Shown one piece after another: positions 9,449-19,176 of a DNA stretch of 64,000 nucleotides. Origin of the DNA: Clostridia bacterium (lineage in GTDB: Bacteria; Bacillota; Clostridia; Oscillospirales; CAG-272); contig JAFULC010000044.1 in the NCBI GenBank assembly GCA_017483305.1, positions 11,865 to 75,864 on the forward strand, given 5' to 3'. The translations under genes were made by a program, and so were the position numbers. The notes under the pieces are model-generated. The model was given only the letters and a program-made list of their open reading frames with translations, had not been told where the DNA came from and did no database searches. Numbering within the stretch: position 1 is the first letter of the stretch; the number at the start of each line of letters is the position of its first letter.

Positions 9449-9976
9449 ATGAGTTCCACCGCTAAATACGTTTTAGCCGTTTTTACTTGGAGCGTCCTAT
9501 CCTTCTTCCTTGGAAGAATACTTCCCAAGAGCCTATTTCGGTTTCGCTCCTTTCCGTATAGGCTCTTTCGCTTTGAGAAAAACGGTAAAATATACGAATG
9601 CTTGAAGATACGCAAATGGCAATCCAAAATTCCCGATATGAGCAAGCTGCTCCCGAAGCTCGTTTGTCCCAAGCGCCTTACGTCTGAAACCACACCTGAG
9701 AAAATTGATCTCCTTTTATGTGAGACTTGTATTGCGGAATTTATTCATACGGTCAACAACGTGTTTGCGATCCTGTGTCTTGCCTTTTGGTCAAACGGTG
9801 CGATCCGCTTTTTGTGTTTCATTTACGTTGCCGGGAATATGCCATTTATCATCGTACAGCGCTACAACCGTCCGAGGCTTGAACGGTTAAAGGAAATTAT
9901 GCAAAAACGCGCAAAACGCAAGGAGGTGCGATATGAAAGTCCTGATACTGAGCTGCAATACGGGCGGCGGGCATAA
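9449..9976 (+). CDS. CrtO-like membrane acyltransferase (second paralog)
   Basis: 175 aa. It has the F.FEKNGKIYE.LKIRKWQSKIPD and IIVQRYNRPRL motifs as in S. aureus CrtO. It overlaps the start of the downstream glycosyltransferase. Confidence 0.75.
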   Translation: MSSTAKYVLAVFTWSVLSFFLGRILPKSLFRFRSFPYRLFRFEKNGKIYECLKIRKWQSKIPDMSKLLPKLVCPKRLTSETTPEKIDLLLCETCIAEFIHTVNNVFAILCLAFWSNGAIRFLCFIYVAGNMPFIIVQRYNRPRLERLKEIMQKRAKRKEVRYESPDTELQYGRRA

Positions 9977-11081
9977 CGCCTGCGCCAAGGCTATCTGCGA
10001 CTCCTTTGCCGAAAAAGGGATTTCCTGCACCTCGGTCGATGCCCTTGCGTTTATTTCAGGGCGCACGTCCTCCGTGATGTCAAACGGACACACTTGGATC
10101 TATCGCCATTGTCCGAGGCTTTTCAGCATGGGTTATGCCCGTGCCGATAAAAAAAGAAGCTCCTTTTCGGAGGGCTCAGCAGCATATAAATTCTTTGCAA
10201 AATCCACGCCCGAGCTTTACAAGTTTATCGTTCGCGGCGGCTACGACGTTGTGATCTGCGCTCACGTTTTCACGGCATTGATGCTGACAGACGTATTGAA
10301 AAAGCACAAGCTATCCATACTCAGCGCATTTTTCGCTACCGACTATACCTTCAGCCCAAGCGGAGATCAGAGTGATCTTGACTTGTATTTTATTCCCGAC
10401 ACGGCACTTGTATCCGAATTTGAAGGCTACGGCATTGATGGTAAAAAAATACGTGTCAGCGGAATTCCGACAAGAAGCGAGTTTGCCACGAGGCGTGAGA
10501 TGGCAGATGCAAAAAAAGCCTTTGGCATACACGAAAATCACGCACACATCGTTGTGATGAGTGGAAGCATGGGCTGCGGGCCGATCAAAAAGCTGACGAA
10601 GCTCCTGTCTGCTTCGCTATCACATGAGCAAGAGGTGACCGTCGTTTGCGGAACAAACAAATCCTTGTTTGCCGAGCTTTCGGATATGTATGAAAACGAT
10701 CCGCGCATACATATCAAGGGATATGTAAAGGACGTTTCCTTACTGCTTGACAGCGCCGATCTCTATCTGACAAAGCCGGGCGGGATCAGCGTGACCGAAG
10801 CAGCCGTAAAGGGACTGCCAATGGTGCTTCTCAATGCGGTTGCAGGATGCGAGGAATACAATATGAATTTCTTCTTGGAGCGAGGCTGTGCCATGACGGG
10901 CAAAGACATAAAGGAAATTGCCGAAGCGGCAGTATCCTTGCTCTCCGACCGGGAGAAGCTTTCCAAAATGTCAAAGGCACTTAATAATTTGAATTATGCG
11001 GGTGCCGCAAATAACATTCGGGACGATATTATAAAATGCAAGGGAGAGATGGACAGCTATGAGCGCTTACATACTGTATAA
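9933..11081 (+). CDS. MGDG-synthase-like (GT28) diacylglycerol glycosyltransferase
   Basis: 382 aa. The N-terminus MKVLILSCNTGGGHN is typical of UgtP / MGDG-synthase family glycolipid synthases. Confidence 0.8.
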   Translation: MKVLILSCNTGGGHNACAKAICDSFAEKGISCTSVDALAFISGRTSSVMSNGHTWIYRHCPRLFSMGYARADKKRSSFSEGSAAYKFFAKSTPELYKFIVRGGYDVVICAHVFTALMLTDVLKKHKLSILSAFFATDYTFSPSGDQSDLDLYFIPDTALVSEFEGYGIDGKKIRVSGIPTRSEFATRREMADAKKAFGIHENHAHIVVMSGSMGCGPIKKLTKLLSASLSHEQEVTVVCGTNKSLFAELSDMYENDPRIHIKGYVKDVSLLLDSADLYLTKPGGISVTEAAVKGLPMVLLNAVAGCEEYNMNFFLERGCAMTGKDIKEIAEAAVSLLSDREKLSKMSKALNNLNYAGAANNIRDDIIKCKGEMDSYERLHTV

Positions 11082-11907
11082 TCCAAAATCGGGAAACGGC
11101 AGCGGATTTGAAGAAGCACAAATATTAGAGGTTTTTCAGCTCGATGATTGCGTGATTACAGACGTTACGAAAATCACGGATTATCCGAATTTCCTATCCA
11201 AGATCACGGCAGACGATACCGTCATTCTCTGCGGCGGAGACGGAACGCTGAATCGCTTTGTCAACGATACGGATGGATACTGCATTCCTTGTGACGTTCT
11301 ATATTATCCGATTGGCACGGGCAACGACTTCGCCCATGATCTCGGCTATCATAGCGGAGCAAATCCATTTTCCATCAAGCAGTACATACAAGATCTGCCC
11401 TCGGTTACCGTCAACGACAAAAAACGCCGTTTTCTCAACGGCATAGGCTATGGTATTGACGGATACTGCTGTGAGGAGGGCGATCGCCAAAAGGCGGCAG
11501 GCAAAAAGAAGATCAATTACACGGAAATTGCTATCAAGGGATTGCTCTCAAAATACAAACCGAAAAATGCCACCGTCTGTGTTGACGGCAAAAAATATTC
11601 GTATAAAAACGTATGGATCGCCGCAACGATGAAGGGACGGTATTACGGAGGCGGTATGATGACCGCACCCGCACAAGACCGCTTGAATCCCAAGGGTGAA
11701 GTCACGCTTGTGGTGATGCACGGATCGGGCAAATTCAAAACCTTGAGAGTCTTTCCTTCGATCTTTAAGGGTGAGCATATCAAGCATACGGAAATGTGCG
11801 CCGTTCATACGGGGCGGCATATCTCCGTTACCTTTGATGAACCTGCCTCTCTGCAAATCGACGGGGAGACCGTATTGAACGTAACGAAATATTCCGTGAA
11901 AGCATAA
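11059..11907 (+). CDS. diacylglycerol/lipid kinase family protein (YegS/BmrU type)
   Basis: 282 aa with the GGDGTLN motif. It overlaps the upstream glycosyltransferase by 23 nt. Confidence 0.85.
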   Translation: MSAYILYNPKSGNGSGFEEAQILEVFQLDDCVITDVTKITDYPNFLSKITADDTVILCGGDGTLNRFVNDTDGYCIPCDVLYYPIGTGNDFAHDLGYHSGANPFSIKQYIQDLPSVTVNDKKRRFLNGIGYGIDGYCCEEGDRQKAAGKKKINYTEIAIKGLLSKYKPKNATVCVDGKKYSYKNVWIAATMKGRYYGGGMMTAPAQDRLNPKGEVTLVVMHGSGKFKTLRVFPSIFKGEHIKHTEMCAVHTGRHISVTFDEPASLQIDGETVLNVTKYSVKA

Positions 11908-11946
11908 GAAAAACGACGGCGTGAATCAAGCACTCCGTCGTTTTTC
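11908..11946. terminator. bidirectional intrinsic terminator
   Basis: Hairpin aaacgacgg / ccgtcgttt flanked by A- and T-runs, between convergent genes. Confidence 0.6.
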
Positions 11947-11947
11947 G

Positions 11948-12661
11948 TTATTCTATATTTTCTATATACTTTATCAACTCGTCAAAGCTACCCTGCGGAT
12001 AGTGGGAGAGATCCTTGTTCTCTTTGTTGATCAGACAGTCGGTGAGAAGAAAGACCTTCATACCGAGCGTCTCGGCAATCATATCCTCCTTGGCATCGTT
12101 GCCGACCATCAAGCATTCCTCGGGCGCAACACCCAATATTTCGGTCACCTCGGTAAAATAGGCGGGGTTCGGCTTGCAGTAGTGCGAATTCTCATAGCTT
12201 TCCAGCCATTCCACGTCCGACTCCGCAACGCCCGACCAACGCAAGCGGCTCTGTGTGGCGTTGTGTGGGAAGAAGGGATTGGTAGCGAGAGATACGCGAT
12301 AGCCCTTGTCTTTTAGCCAAGCCACCGTTTGTGCCGCCCGGGGATCGTATCCGCAAGCCTCGCGCACGCTTTCAAATTCGTTCAAATAGAAATCGTCAAG
12401 CAGATATTTGTCCTCGCGGACACGGCTGCCGAGAATCGCCTCGAACCTTTCCCAAAAGCGTTCTTCGTTCGTCCGTCTTCCGTCGTTTGCAATCATCGCG
12501 GCAGTTCCTGCCCATATCGCGTCGATCAGCTGCTTTTTATCGGTATAGCCTGCGGGAGCAAGCTTCTTTGCAAGTCCTCCGAAATAGGTTTTCATAAACA
12601 CGTCCTGATCCATGGGCAACAATGTCCCGTCAAGATCGAACAGTATCATCTTGATTTTCAT
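11948..12661 (-). CDS. HAD family hydrolase
   Basis: 237 aa with the N-terminal MILFDLDGTLL motif I and a later GND..D motif. Confidence 0.85.
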   Translation of the reverse strand: MKIKMILFDLDGTLLPMDQDVFMKTYFGGLAKKLAPAGYTDKKQLIDAIWAGTAAMIANDGRRTNEERFWERFEAILGSRVREDKYLLDDFYLNEFESVREACGYDPRAAQTVAWLKDKGYRVSLATNPFFPHNATQSRLRWSGVAESDVEWLESYENSHYCKPNPAYFTEVTEILGVAPEECLMVGNDAKEDMIAETLGMKVFLLTDCLINKENKDLSHYPQGSFDELIKYIENIE

Positions 12662-13212
12662 TCTGCTTTATTCTCCTTCCCCTCATCGGCAATATGACGA
12701 GCCGATAAATAAATACAGTCCTTCAACTGATTGAAAAATTCGGTGTCGGATACCGAGTCGGCGCGCTTCAGCCATTTTTCAATCGCGATCACCGCCGCGT
12801 CGGTAACGAAGTCCACGTAGAACTGCGCGGCGCTTTCGTTAATGATCTCGGTAATTCTTCGTCTGACCGAAGGCTCGACGAGATCCTTGAAATGATCCGA
12901 GAAGCAATTCTGATCCTTGACACTCAATACCTTGCTGTAAAAGAATTTATTTTCATACAGATACTTAAAAAGGGATTCGAGCTTTTGCCACCGATCTCCC
13001 TCGTCGGAAATATCCACACAGGAGAGAAATTCGGTGTCGAAGATCCAGTTGATCAGATCGTTCTTATCCTTGAAATGATAATAAAAGCTTTTGCGGTTCA
13101 TTTCACAATGGGCGCAAATATCCCCAACACCAATCTTGGAGAGTGGCATCTGTGTCATCAGCTCTTTGAGTGAGCTTGCAAGTGCTTTTTTCGTTATGTT
13201 GGAATCAGCCAT
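12658..13212 (-). CDS. TetR/AcrR family transcriptional regulator (DhaS-like subgroup)
   Basis: 184 aa with an N-terminal HTH (ITKKALASSLKELM...ICAHCEMNRKSFYYHFKDK). Its stop overlaps the HAD gene start. Confidence 0.85.
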   Translation of the reverse strand: MADSNITKKALASSLKELMTQMPLSKIGVGDICAHCEMNRKSFYYHFKDKNDLINWIFDTEFLSCVDISDEGDRWQKLESLFKYLYENKFFYSKVLSVKDQNCFSDHFKDLVEPSVRRRITEIINESAAQFYVDFVTDAAVIAIEKWLKRADSVSDTEFFNQLKDCIYLSARHIADEGKENKAE

Positions 13213-13451
13213 AATGATCTCCTTTCCTTACTTGAACTTTTGGCGTAGGGGTAAAATAAAAGACGACACCTACCCACGCACAAAAACGCGCAGATAAGTC
13301 TCGTCATTATACGAGCAAGCTCGAAGATAAAGCCAGATCCGAGGGGATCAGTATGTTGACTCTACCGCACAATGTGCTGACTACTCCCTTATTCAATATC
13401 AGTATACCAAAAATCGACCGTTTTTTCAAGAATTATCTGTAAATTTTTATT

Positions 13452-13562
13452 GGGACAATTTTTCCGATGTGTCCAAAAAAGTAACACATTCACGTTTGCG
13501 AGAAAAAATGTAACGGGAATCCTTTTCTGTCCGTTGTGAAGCTCGCTTTTTTTCGATATAAT
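13452..13562 (+). promoter_or_regulatory. shared 36-nt motif (13452-13487), a second unit, and a sigma-A-like promoter (TTGTGA 13534-13539, 17 nt spacer, TATAAT 13557-13562)
   Basis: GGGACAATTTTTCCGATGTGTCCAAAAAAGTAACAC is read directly from the sequence. Promoter hexamers with 17-nt spacing lie about 40 nt upstream of the ATPase ATG. Confidence 0.4.
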
Positions 13563-13602
13563 TCACTCATGTAAAAGGTCAAAATTTTTTGGAGGAAACA
13601 AA

Positions 13603-16245
13603 ATGAAATTTTACTGCGAAGACCAAACGAAGGTTCTTTCTTCACTGAATACAAGTGAAAAAGGACTCAGCTCTGCCGAAGCGCAGAAGCGGCTTGAAGC
13701 GAACGGCAAAAACAAGCTCGCCGCCGCCAAGGGTAAATCCATTGTTCGTCGATTCCTTGAGCAGCTTGCCGATCCGATGATCATCATTCTGCTTGTGGCG
13801 GCGCTCATCAGCGGTATCCTTGCTGTGGTGGAGAACGAAAGCTTTACCGACGTGATCATCATTCTTGCCGTTGTCATTGTCAACGCCGTCCTCGGTGTTT
13901 ATCAGGAAAGCAAAGCAGAAAAAGCCATTGAAGCCTTACAGGAGATGTCTGCGGCGACCTCAAAGGTGTTGCGTGACGGCAAGGTACAGATCGTCCACAG
14001 TGAAGACCTCGTTGTCGGTGACATCATTTTGCTCGAAGCAGGCGATGCTGTTCCCGCAGATGCCCGTATTCTTGAAAACGCATCCCTCAAGGTGGAGGAA
14101 GCCGCACTCACGGGTGAGTCGGTTCCTGTGACGAAATTTATTGATATTATCAACCTCAAAGACGGTGAGAAGGATGTTCCTCTCGGAGACCGTAAAAATA
14201 TGCTCTATATGGGCTCGACGGTCGTGTACGGACGCGGCAAGGCGGTCGTGACCGCTACGGGTATGGACACCGAAATGGGCAAGATCGCCACGGCTCTCCA
14301 GCAGGCAGAGGACGGCGAAACGCCCTTACAGAGAAAGCTCAATCAGCTCTCCAAGATCCTGACTTGGCTCGTTCTTGGCATCTGCGTGGTCGTATTCGGC
14401 GTTCAGCTCATCCGTGCGGGCAACTTCAGCTTTACCGATACCATTCTTCCTTCCTTTATGGTTGCCGTTTCTTTGGCGGTTGCTGCTATTCCCGAAGGAC
14501 TTTCTATGGTCGTTACCGTCGTTCTTTCCATGGGCGTGACCAATATGTCCAAGCGTAACGCCATCATTCGCCGTCTGACCGCCGTGGAAACCCTCGGCTG
14601 CGCACAGATCATCTGCTCCGACAAGACGGGTACTCTGACACAGAACAAGATGACCGTTGTTGACCACTTTGGAGAGAACGAAGAACAGCTTGCCATGGCG
14701 ATGGCTCTCTGCTGTGACGCCGAGCTTGACACCGACGGAAACGTCACGGGTGAGCCTACCGAGGCAGCTCTCGTTGCTTGGGCAGATAAGCTGAATTTGA
14801 AAAAATACAACTTGAAAGAACAATTCCCGCGCCTTGGAGAAGCCCCCTTCGACTCGGGAAGAAAGATGATGTCTACCGTTCACAAGCTTGATAACGGCGC
14901 TGTCCAGTACACCAAGGGCGCACCCGACGTTATCATCGGCAGATGTACACACTACCTCAAGGACGGCAAGCCCGTTCCTATGACAGAGGAGTACAAGGCG
15001 ACCATTCTGAAGGCAAACAAAGAAATGGCAGACAAGGCTCTCCGTGTTCTTGCCTGTGCAGAGCGAGCATACAACTCCGTACCTGCAAGCTTTGAAGCTG
15101 ACGATCTTGAGCGCGATCTCTGCTTCGTGGGACTTTGCGGTATGATCGATCCCGTCCGTCCCGAGGTCAAGGACGCGATTGTAGAATGCAGAAGTGCCGG
15201 CGTTCGTCCGATTATGATCACAGGCGACCATATTGACACGGCGGTCGCCATTGCCAAGGAGCTTGGCATCATCACCGAGGACACCTACGCCATCACGGGC
15301 GCACAGCTGAACGATATGGACGATGCGGAATTTGAGTCCAAGTTCCGGCAAATCAGCGTTTACGCCCGCGTTCAGCCCGAGCATAAGACGAGGATCGTCA
15401 ACGCTTGGCGCAAGGCAGGTTACGTCACCGCCATGACCGGCGACGGTGTCAACGACGCGCCCTCCATCAAGAGCGCTGACATCGGCGTTGGTATGGGTAT
15501 TACGGGAACGGACGTTACCAAGAACGTTGCCGATATGGTGCTTGCCGACGACAACTTTGCAACCATCGTCGGAGCGGTTGAGGAAGGCCGCCGTATCTAT
15601 GATAATATCCGTAAGGCAATTCAGTTCCTGCTCGGCTCGAATATGAGCGAGGTTCTCTCTATCTTTACAGCAACTCTTATGGGCTTCACGATTCTCAAGC
15701 CCGTACATCTGTTGTGGATCAACCTCGTCACCGACTGTTTCCCCGCGCTTGCCCTCGGTATGGAAAAGGCAGAGCCGAACATTATGAAGCGTAAGCCACG
15801 CAACTCTAAAGCAGGCATCTTTGCCGACGGTATGGGCGTAGATATTGCATACCAAGGCGTACTCGTTACCGTTCTCACCCTTGTTTCGTACTTTATCGGT
15901 CATTTTATGGAAACGGGCAATTGGGAGATCACCAACAGCGCGCACGGTATGACGATGGCATTCCTGACCATGTCCATGGCAGAAGTGTTCCACAGCTTCA
16001 ATATGCGTTCTCAGCGCGGCAGTATGTTCACCCTCGGTTCGCAGAACAAGACCCTTTGGATCGCAGGCATCGGCTCACTCGTTGCTACCACGCTCGTTTG
16101 TGAAATTCCGTTCCTTGCGAACGCTTTCGGCTTTGCAAGCGTAGGTATCAGCGAATACCTGATTGCTCTCGCACTTGGCTTTGTTGTCATCCCTGTCGTT
16201 GAGCTTGTGAAGCTGATTCAAAGAAAAGTAGCGAAGAATCGCTAA
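13603..16245 (+). CDS. calcium-translocating P-type ATPase (P2A/P2B type)
   Basis: 880 aa with the CSDKTGTLT phosphorylation motif, TGES, MITGD and TGDGVNDAP motifs. GGAGG RBS. Confidence 0.95.
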   Translation: MKFYCEDQTKVLSSLNTSEKGLSSAEAQKRLEANGKNKLAAAKGKSIVRRFLEQLADPMIIILLVAALISGILAVVENESFTDVIIILAVVIVNAVLGVYQESKAEKAIEALQEMSAATSKVLRDGKVQIVHSEDLVVGDIILLEAGDAVPADARILENASLKVEEAALTGESVPVTKFIDIINLKDGEKDVPLGDRKNMLYMGSTVVYGRGKAVVTATGMDTEMGKIATALQQAEDGETPLQRKLNQLSKILTWLVLGICVVVFGVQLIRAGNFSFTDTILPSFMVAVSLAVAAIPEGLSMVVTVVLSMGVTNMSKRNAIIRRLTAVETLGCAQIICSDKTGTLTQNKMTVVDHFGENEEQLAMAMALCCDAELDTDGNVTGEPTEAALVAWADKLNLKKYNLKEQFPRLGEAPFDSGRKMMSTVHKLDNGAVQYTKGAPDVIIGRCTHYLKDGKPVPMTEEYKATILKANKEMADKALRVLACAERAYNSVPASFEADDLERDLCFVGLCGMIDPVRPEVKDAIVECRSAGVRPIMITGDHIDTAVAIAKELGIITEDTYAITGAQLNDMDDAEFESKFRQISVYARVQPEHKTRIVNAWRKAGYVTAMTGDGVNDAPSIKSADIGVGMGITGTDVTKNVADMVLADDNFATIVGAVEEGRRIYDNIRKAIQFLLGSNMSEVLSIFTATLMGFTILKPVHLLWINLVTDCFPALALGMEKAEPNIMKRKPRNSKAGIFADGMGVDIAYQGVLVTVLTLVSYFIGHFMETGNWEITNSAHGMTMAFLTMSMAEVFHSFNMRSQRGSMFTLGSQNKTLWIAGIGSLVATTLVCEIPFLANAFGFASVGISEYLIALALGFVVIPVVELVKLIQRKVAKNR

Positions 16246-16252
16246 AGATTTC

Positions 16253-16287
16253 AAAATGACCGCCCAATCATTTCGGCGGTCATTTTG
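16253..16287 (+). terminator. intrinsic terminator after the ATPase gene
   Basis: Stem atgaccgcc / ggcggtcat followed by TTTT. Confidence 0.6.
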
Positions 16288-16310
16288 GCATGAAGGAAAG
16301 GAGGTTAGCA

Positions 16311-17006
16311 ATGTCAACGAAAAACAAATCAAAGCTTTTATCTGTTTTGCGACTCCTGCCTCTGCTTCTATGCCTTGCGGCGATGCTGCTTTATTTCATT
16401 TTTGGAGAAAAAGTTACGGTAGAAGAATTGCTAAACTTTGCCCCCGATAACCCATGGCTTGCGGCAATCTTTCTGATCGCACTTTACGCATTCAAAAGTC
16501 TTGCTGTGTTCTTTCCTCTACTCGTTTTAAACATTTTAGGTGGATTTATGTTTTCTCCGCCAATCGCACTTCTCGTTAATACGATTGGTATTACCGTTGA
16601 TCTCGTTATTCCTTATTTTATTGGAAAAGCATCGGGCAAGAAAAGCGCCGCCGCTATTTTGGACAAGCATCCCAAGCTCAAGAAAGTGGTAGACCGTCAG
16701 CACAAGAGCAGTTTCTTTTTGTCCTTTCTTCTGCGTTCCATCTCTTTTTTACCGGGTGATGCGGTTTCTATGTTTTCGGGAGCATCCGGAATGCCCTTTG
16801 TAAAATACCTGCTTGGGAGCATTTTAGGAGTTCTTCCGGGGATGATTCTCGCAACCGTTATGGGGGCAAGCATCAACGATCCGTCATCTCCCGCATTTTG
16901 GGTGTCTACTCTGCTGACTGTATTACTGTCGATTATCTCCATAGTAATCTATCTCATTTGGTCAAGAAAATCAAAATTCAAGGAAAAGGAGAAAAACGAA
17001 TGCTGA
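16311..17006 (+). CDS. TVP38/TMEM64 (DedA-related) family membrane protein
   Basis: Multi-TM protein. The start is set at ATG 16311, 6 nt after GGAGG. The ORF opens at 16290. Confidence 0.75.
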   Translation: MSTKNKSKLLSVLRLLPLLLCLAAMLLYFIFGEKVTVEELLNFAPDNPWLAAIFLIALYAFKSLAVFFPLLVLNILGGFMFSPPIALLVNTIGITVDLVIPYFIGKASGKKSAAAILDKHPKLKKVVDRQHKSSFFLSFLLRSISFLPGDAVSMFSGASGMPFVKYLLGSILGVLPGMILATVMGASINDPSSPAFWVSTLLTVLLSIISIVIYLIWSRKSKFKEKEKNEC

Positions 17007-18538
17007 AGCAAAAATGGTTTCGCGCTTTGTTTCGATGGCGAACGCTTATTATATTATTGCTCCTGATCCAAGTGGCAGTCCTTGTGTATATTCTTGCAAG
17101 CACAAGCATCACTTCCACCATTGTAAACGTCATACTTCGTCTGATATCATTTGTTGTCGTCGTCAATTTCGTTGTAAGGAACGAAAAGGGCGCATATAAG
17201 CCGCTATGGATCTTTTTGGTGCTTCTGTTTCCAGTTTTCGGCGGACTGTTTTATTTGTTTTTACATTTTCAAAGCTCTACCAAGCGCTTTAGACGAAAAA
17301 CACTGTTGGCAGAAGAAAAGGCGCGCCGTCTTTTATCTCTCCCCGGCGACGGCTATGAGGACGCTATGCGTGAGCTTCCCGAACACGCGCCGCAGGTGCG
17401 GTATTTGCAGGATTTTGCGGGCTTTCCCGTTTACCGGGATACGAAGACCAAATATCTGTCTCCGGGCGAGGCAAAATTCGAGCAGCTTCTCATTGAGCTT
17501 GAAAAAGCCGAAAAATATATTTTCCTTGAGTATTTTATCGTGCAGGAAGGCAAGATGTGGAACAGCATTTTGGAAATTCTCAAGCGTAAAGTTGCCGAGG
17601 GTGTTAAGGTTCGGCTGATCTACGACGATTTCGGTTGCTTCATTACGCTCCCCAAGGATTATGCCAAGCAGATGCAAAAACTCGGCATAGAATGTGCCGT
17701 GTTCAATCCCTTCCGTCCGTTTCTGACTGCCAAGCAGAACAACCGCGACCACCGAAAGATCGTTTCCATCGACGGCAAGGTCGCCTTTACGGGCGGAATC
17801 AATCTTGCCGACGAATACATAAACGAATTTGAAAAGCACGGTCATTGGAAGGATGCCTCCATTATGGTGGAAGGCAAGGCGGCATGGAGCCTGACGCTCC
17901 TGTTTCTTCAAATGTGGCAGGTAGCAACCGACATTGACGAGGATTATTCCGATTACTATCCGTGGACGGACAAGCCCTGTGAGATAAGCTCCGAGGGATT
18001 TGTTCTGCCTTATGCTGACAGTCCTCTTGATAAGGAGCATACGGGCGCACACGTCTATCAGCAGATCCTACTGAATGCAAAGGACTACGTTTATATCTGC
18101 ACTCCCTATCTCATTGTTGACGACGATATGCTCAGCGCACTCACTCTTGCCGCCAAAAGCGGCGTAGACGTGCGGATCATCACCCCTCACATAGGAGATA
18201 AGATCGGAGTTCATACCGCCACGCGCTCCTATTACCGTGAGCTTGTAGAGGCGGGAGTAAAAATATACGAATACACAAAGGGATTTATCCACTCCAAGAC
18301 CTTCGTGTCGGACGATAAGATCGCAACCGTCGGAACGACCAATCTCGATTTTCGCAGTTTGTATATGCACTTTGAGTGCGGCGTATGGATGGCGAACAGC
18401 GAGGCTGTTATGGAGGTCAAGGAGGACTTCCTCGACACCTTGGAGATCTGTCAGCCCATCACCGCCGAGGATTGCTGCGCGGGGATATTCAAGCGGTTGG
18501 TACAAGATCTTCTGCGGCTGATCGCACCATTAATGTAA
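17000..18538 (+). CDS. cls: cardiolipin synthase
   Basis: It has two HKD motifs (HRKIVSIDG and HSKTFVSDD) and N-terminal TM helices. The start at MLKQKWF follows an AGGAGA RBS and overlaps the upstream stop. Confidence 0.9.
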   Translation: MLKQKWFRALFRWRTLIILLLLIQVAVLVYILASTSITSTIVNVILRLISFVVVVNFVVRNEKGAYKPLWIFLVLLFPVFGGLFYLFLHFQSSTKRFRRKTLLAEEKARRLLSLPGDGYEDAMRELPEHAPQVRYLQDFAGFPVYRDTKTKYLSPGEAKFEQLLIELEKAEKYIFLEYFIVQEGKMWNSILEILKRKVAEGVKVRLIYDDFGCFITLPKDYAKQMQKLGIECAVFNPFRPFLTAKQNNRDHRKIVSIDGKVAFTGGINLADEYINEFEKHGHWKDASIMVEGKAAWSLTLLFLQMWQVATDIDEDYSDYYPWTDKPCEISSEGFVLPYADSPLDKEHTGAHVYQQILLNAKDYVYICTPYLIVDDDMLSALTLAAKSGVDVRIITPHIGDKIGVHTATRSYYRELVEAGVKIYEYTKGFIHSKTFVSDDKIATVGTTNLDFRSLYMHFECGVWMANSEAVMEVKEDFLDTLEICQPITAEDCCAGIFKRLVQDLLRLIAPLM

Positions 18539-18557
18539 AACACGGAGGACGTTAAAA

Positions 18558-19142
18558 TTGAATCTCGATTTCTCATTTTTCTTAAACAGCATCTTACTCG
18601 GCACAGGACTTGCGATGGATGCATTTTCGGTATCCCTTGCAAACGGACTAAACGATCCCACAATGAAAAAGCCGAAGATGGCAGGCGTGGCGGGCATTTT
18701 CTCACTTTTTCAGTTCGCTATGCCGATGATCGGGTGGATATGCGTTTCCACGATCGCAAAGCAATTTGCGGCGTTTGAAAAATGTATTCCGTGGATCGCG
18801 CTCGCTCTGCTCGGCTACATAGGCGGCAAGATGCTCTATGAAGGTATTAAAAACAAAGGACAAGAAGAAACAAAGGGTGCTGTCGGTTTTGGCGCGTTGC
18901 TTGTGCAAGGCTTGGCAACGTCCATTGATGCGCTTTCGGTTGGATTTACCATTTCCGATTATAATTGGCTTGAAGCGTTGCTTGCCTGTCTGCTCATCGG
19001 TGTTGTAACCTTCTTCATCTGCTTTGCAGGCATTGCCATCGGTAAAAAGGCAGGCACAAAGCTCGCAGGCAAGGCGGGCATCCTCGGCGGTTCGATCCTG
19101 ATCTTCATTGGCTTGGAGATATTTATTACGAGTTGGTTTTGA
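18558..19142 (+). CDS. mntP: manganese efflux pump MntP
   Basis: 194 aa with six TM segments and the [18 protein letters not shown] motif. TTG start. Confidence 0.85.
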   Translation: MNLDFSFFLNSILLGTGLAMDAFSVSLANGLNDPTMKKPKMAGVAGIFSLFQFAMPMIGWICVSTIAKQFAAFEKCIPWIALALLGYIGGKMLYEGIKNKGQEETKGAVGFGALLVQGLATSIDALSVGFTISDYNWLEALLACLLIGVVTFFICFAGIAIGKKAGTKLAGKAGILGGSILIFIGLEIFITSWF

Positions 19143-19176
19143 TAAAACAAAAACAAAATTTATTTGGAGGTTAATT

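Noticed and set aside
14326-15993. Very long antisense ORFs: 555 aa here, 445 aa at 53954-55291, 372 aa at 22905-24023, 318 aa at 19906-20862, 334 aa at 47428-48432, 313 aa at 57418-58359, 279 aa at 41210-42049 and 226 aa at 63261-63941.
   Set aside because: Each lies entirely opposite a gene with unambiguous family motifs (P-type ATPase, Na/Pi transporter, MBL nuclease, PckA, and so on). Their translations are low-complexity and Arg/Gly/His/Val-rich with no recognisable motif or RBS. These are shadow ORFs typical of GC-biased codon usage.
18539-18557. An expected yybP-ykoY Mn2+ riboswitch upstream of mntP.
   Set aside because: Only 19 nt separate cls and mntP, so there is no room for a riboswitch. 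mntP appears to be co-transcribed with cls.
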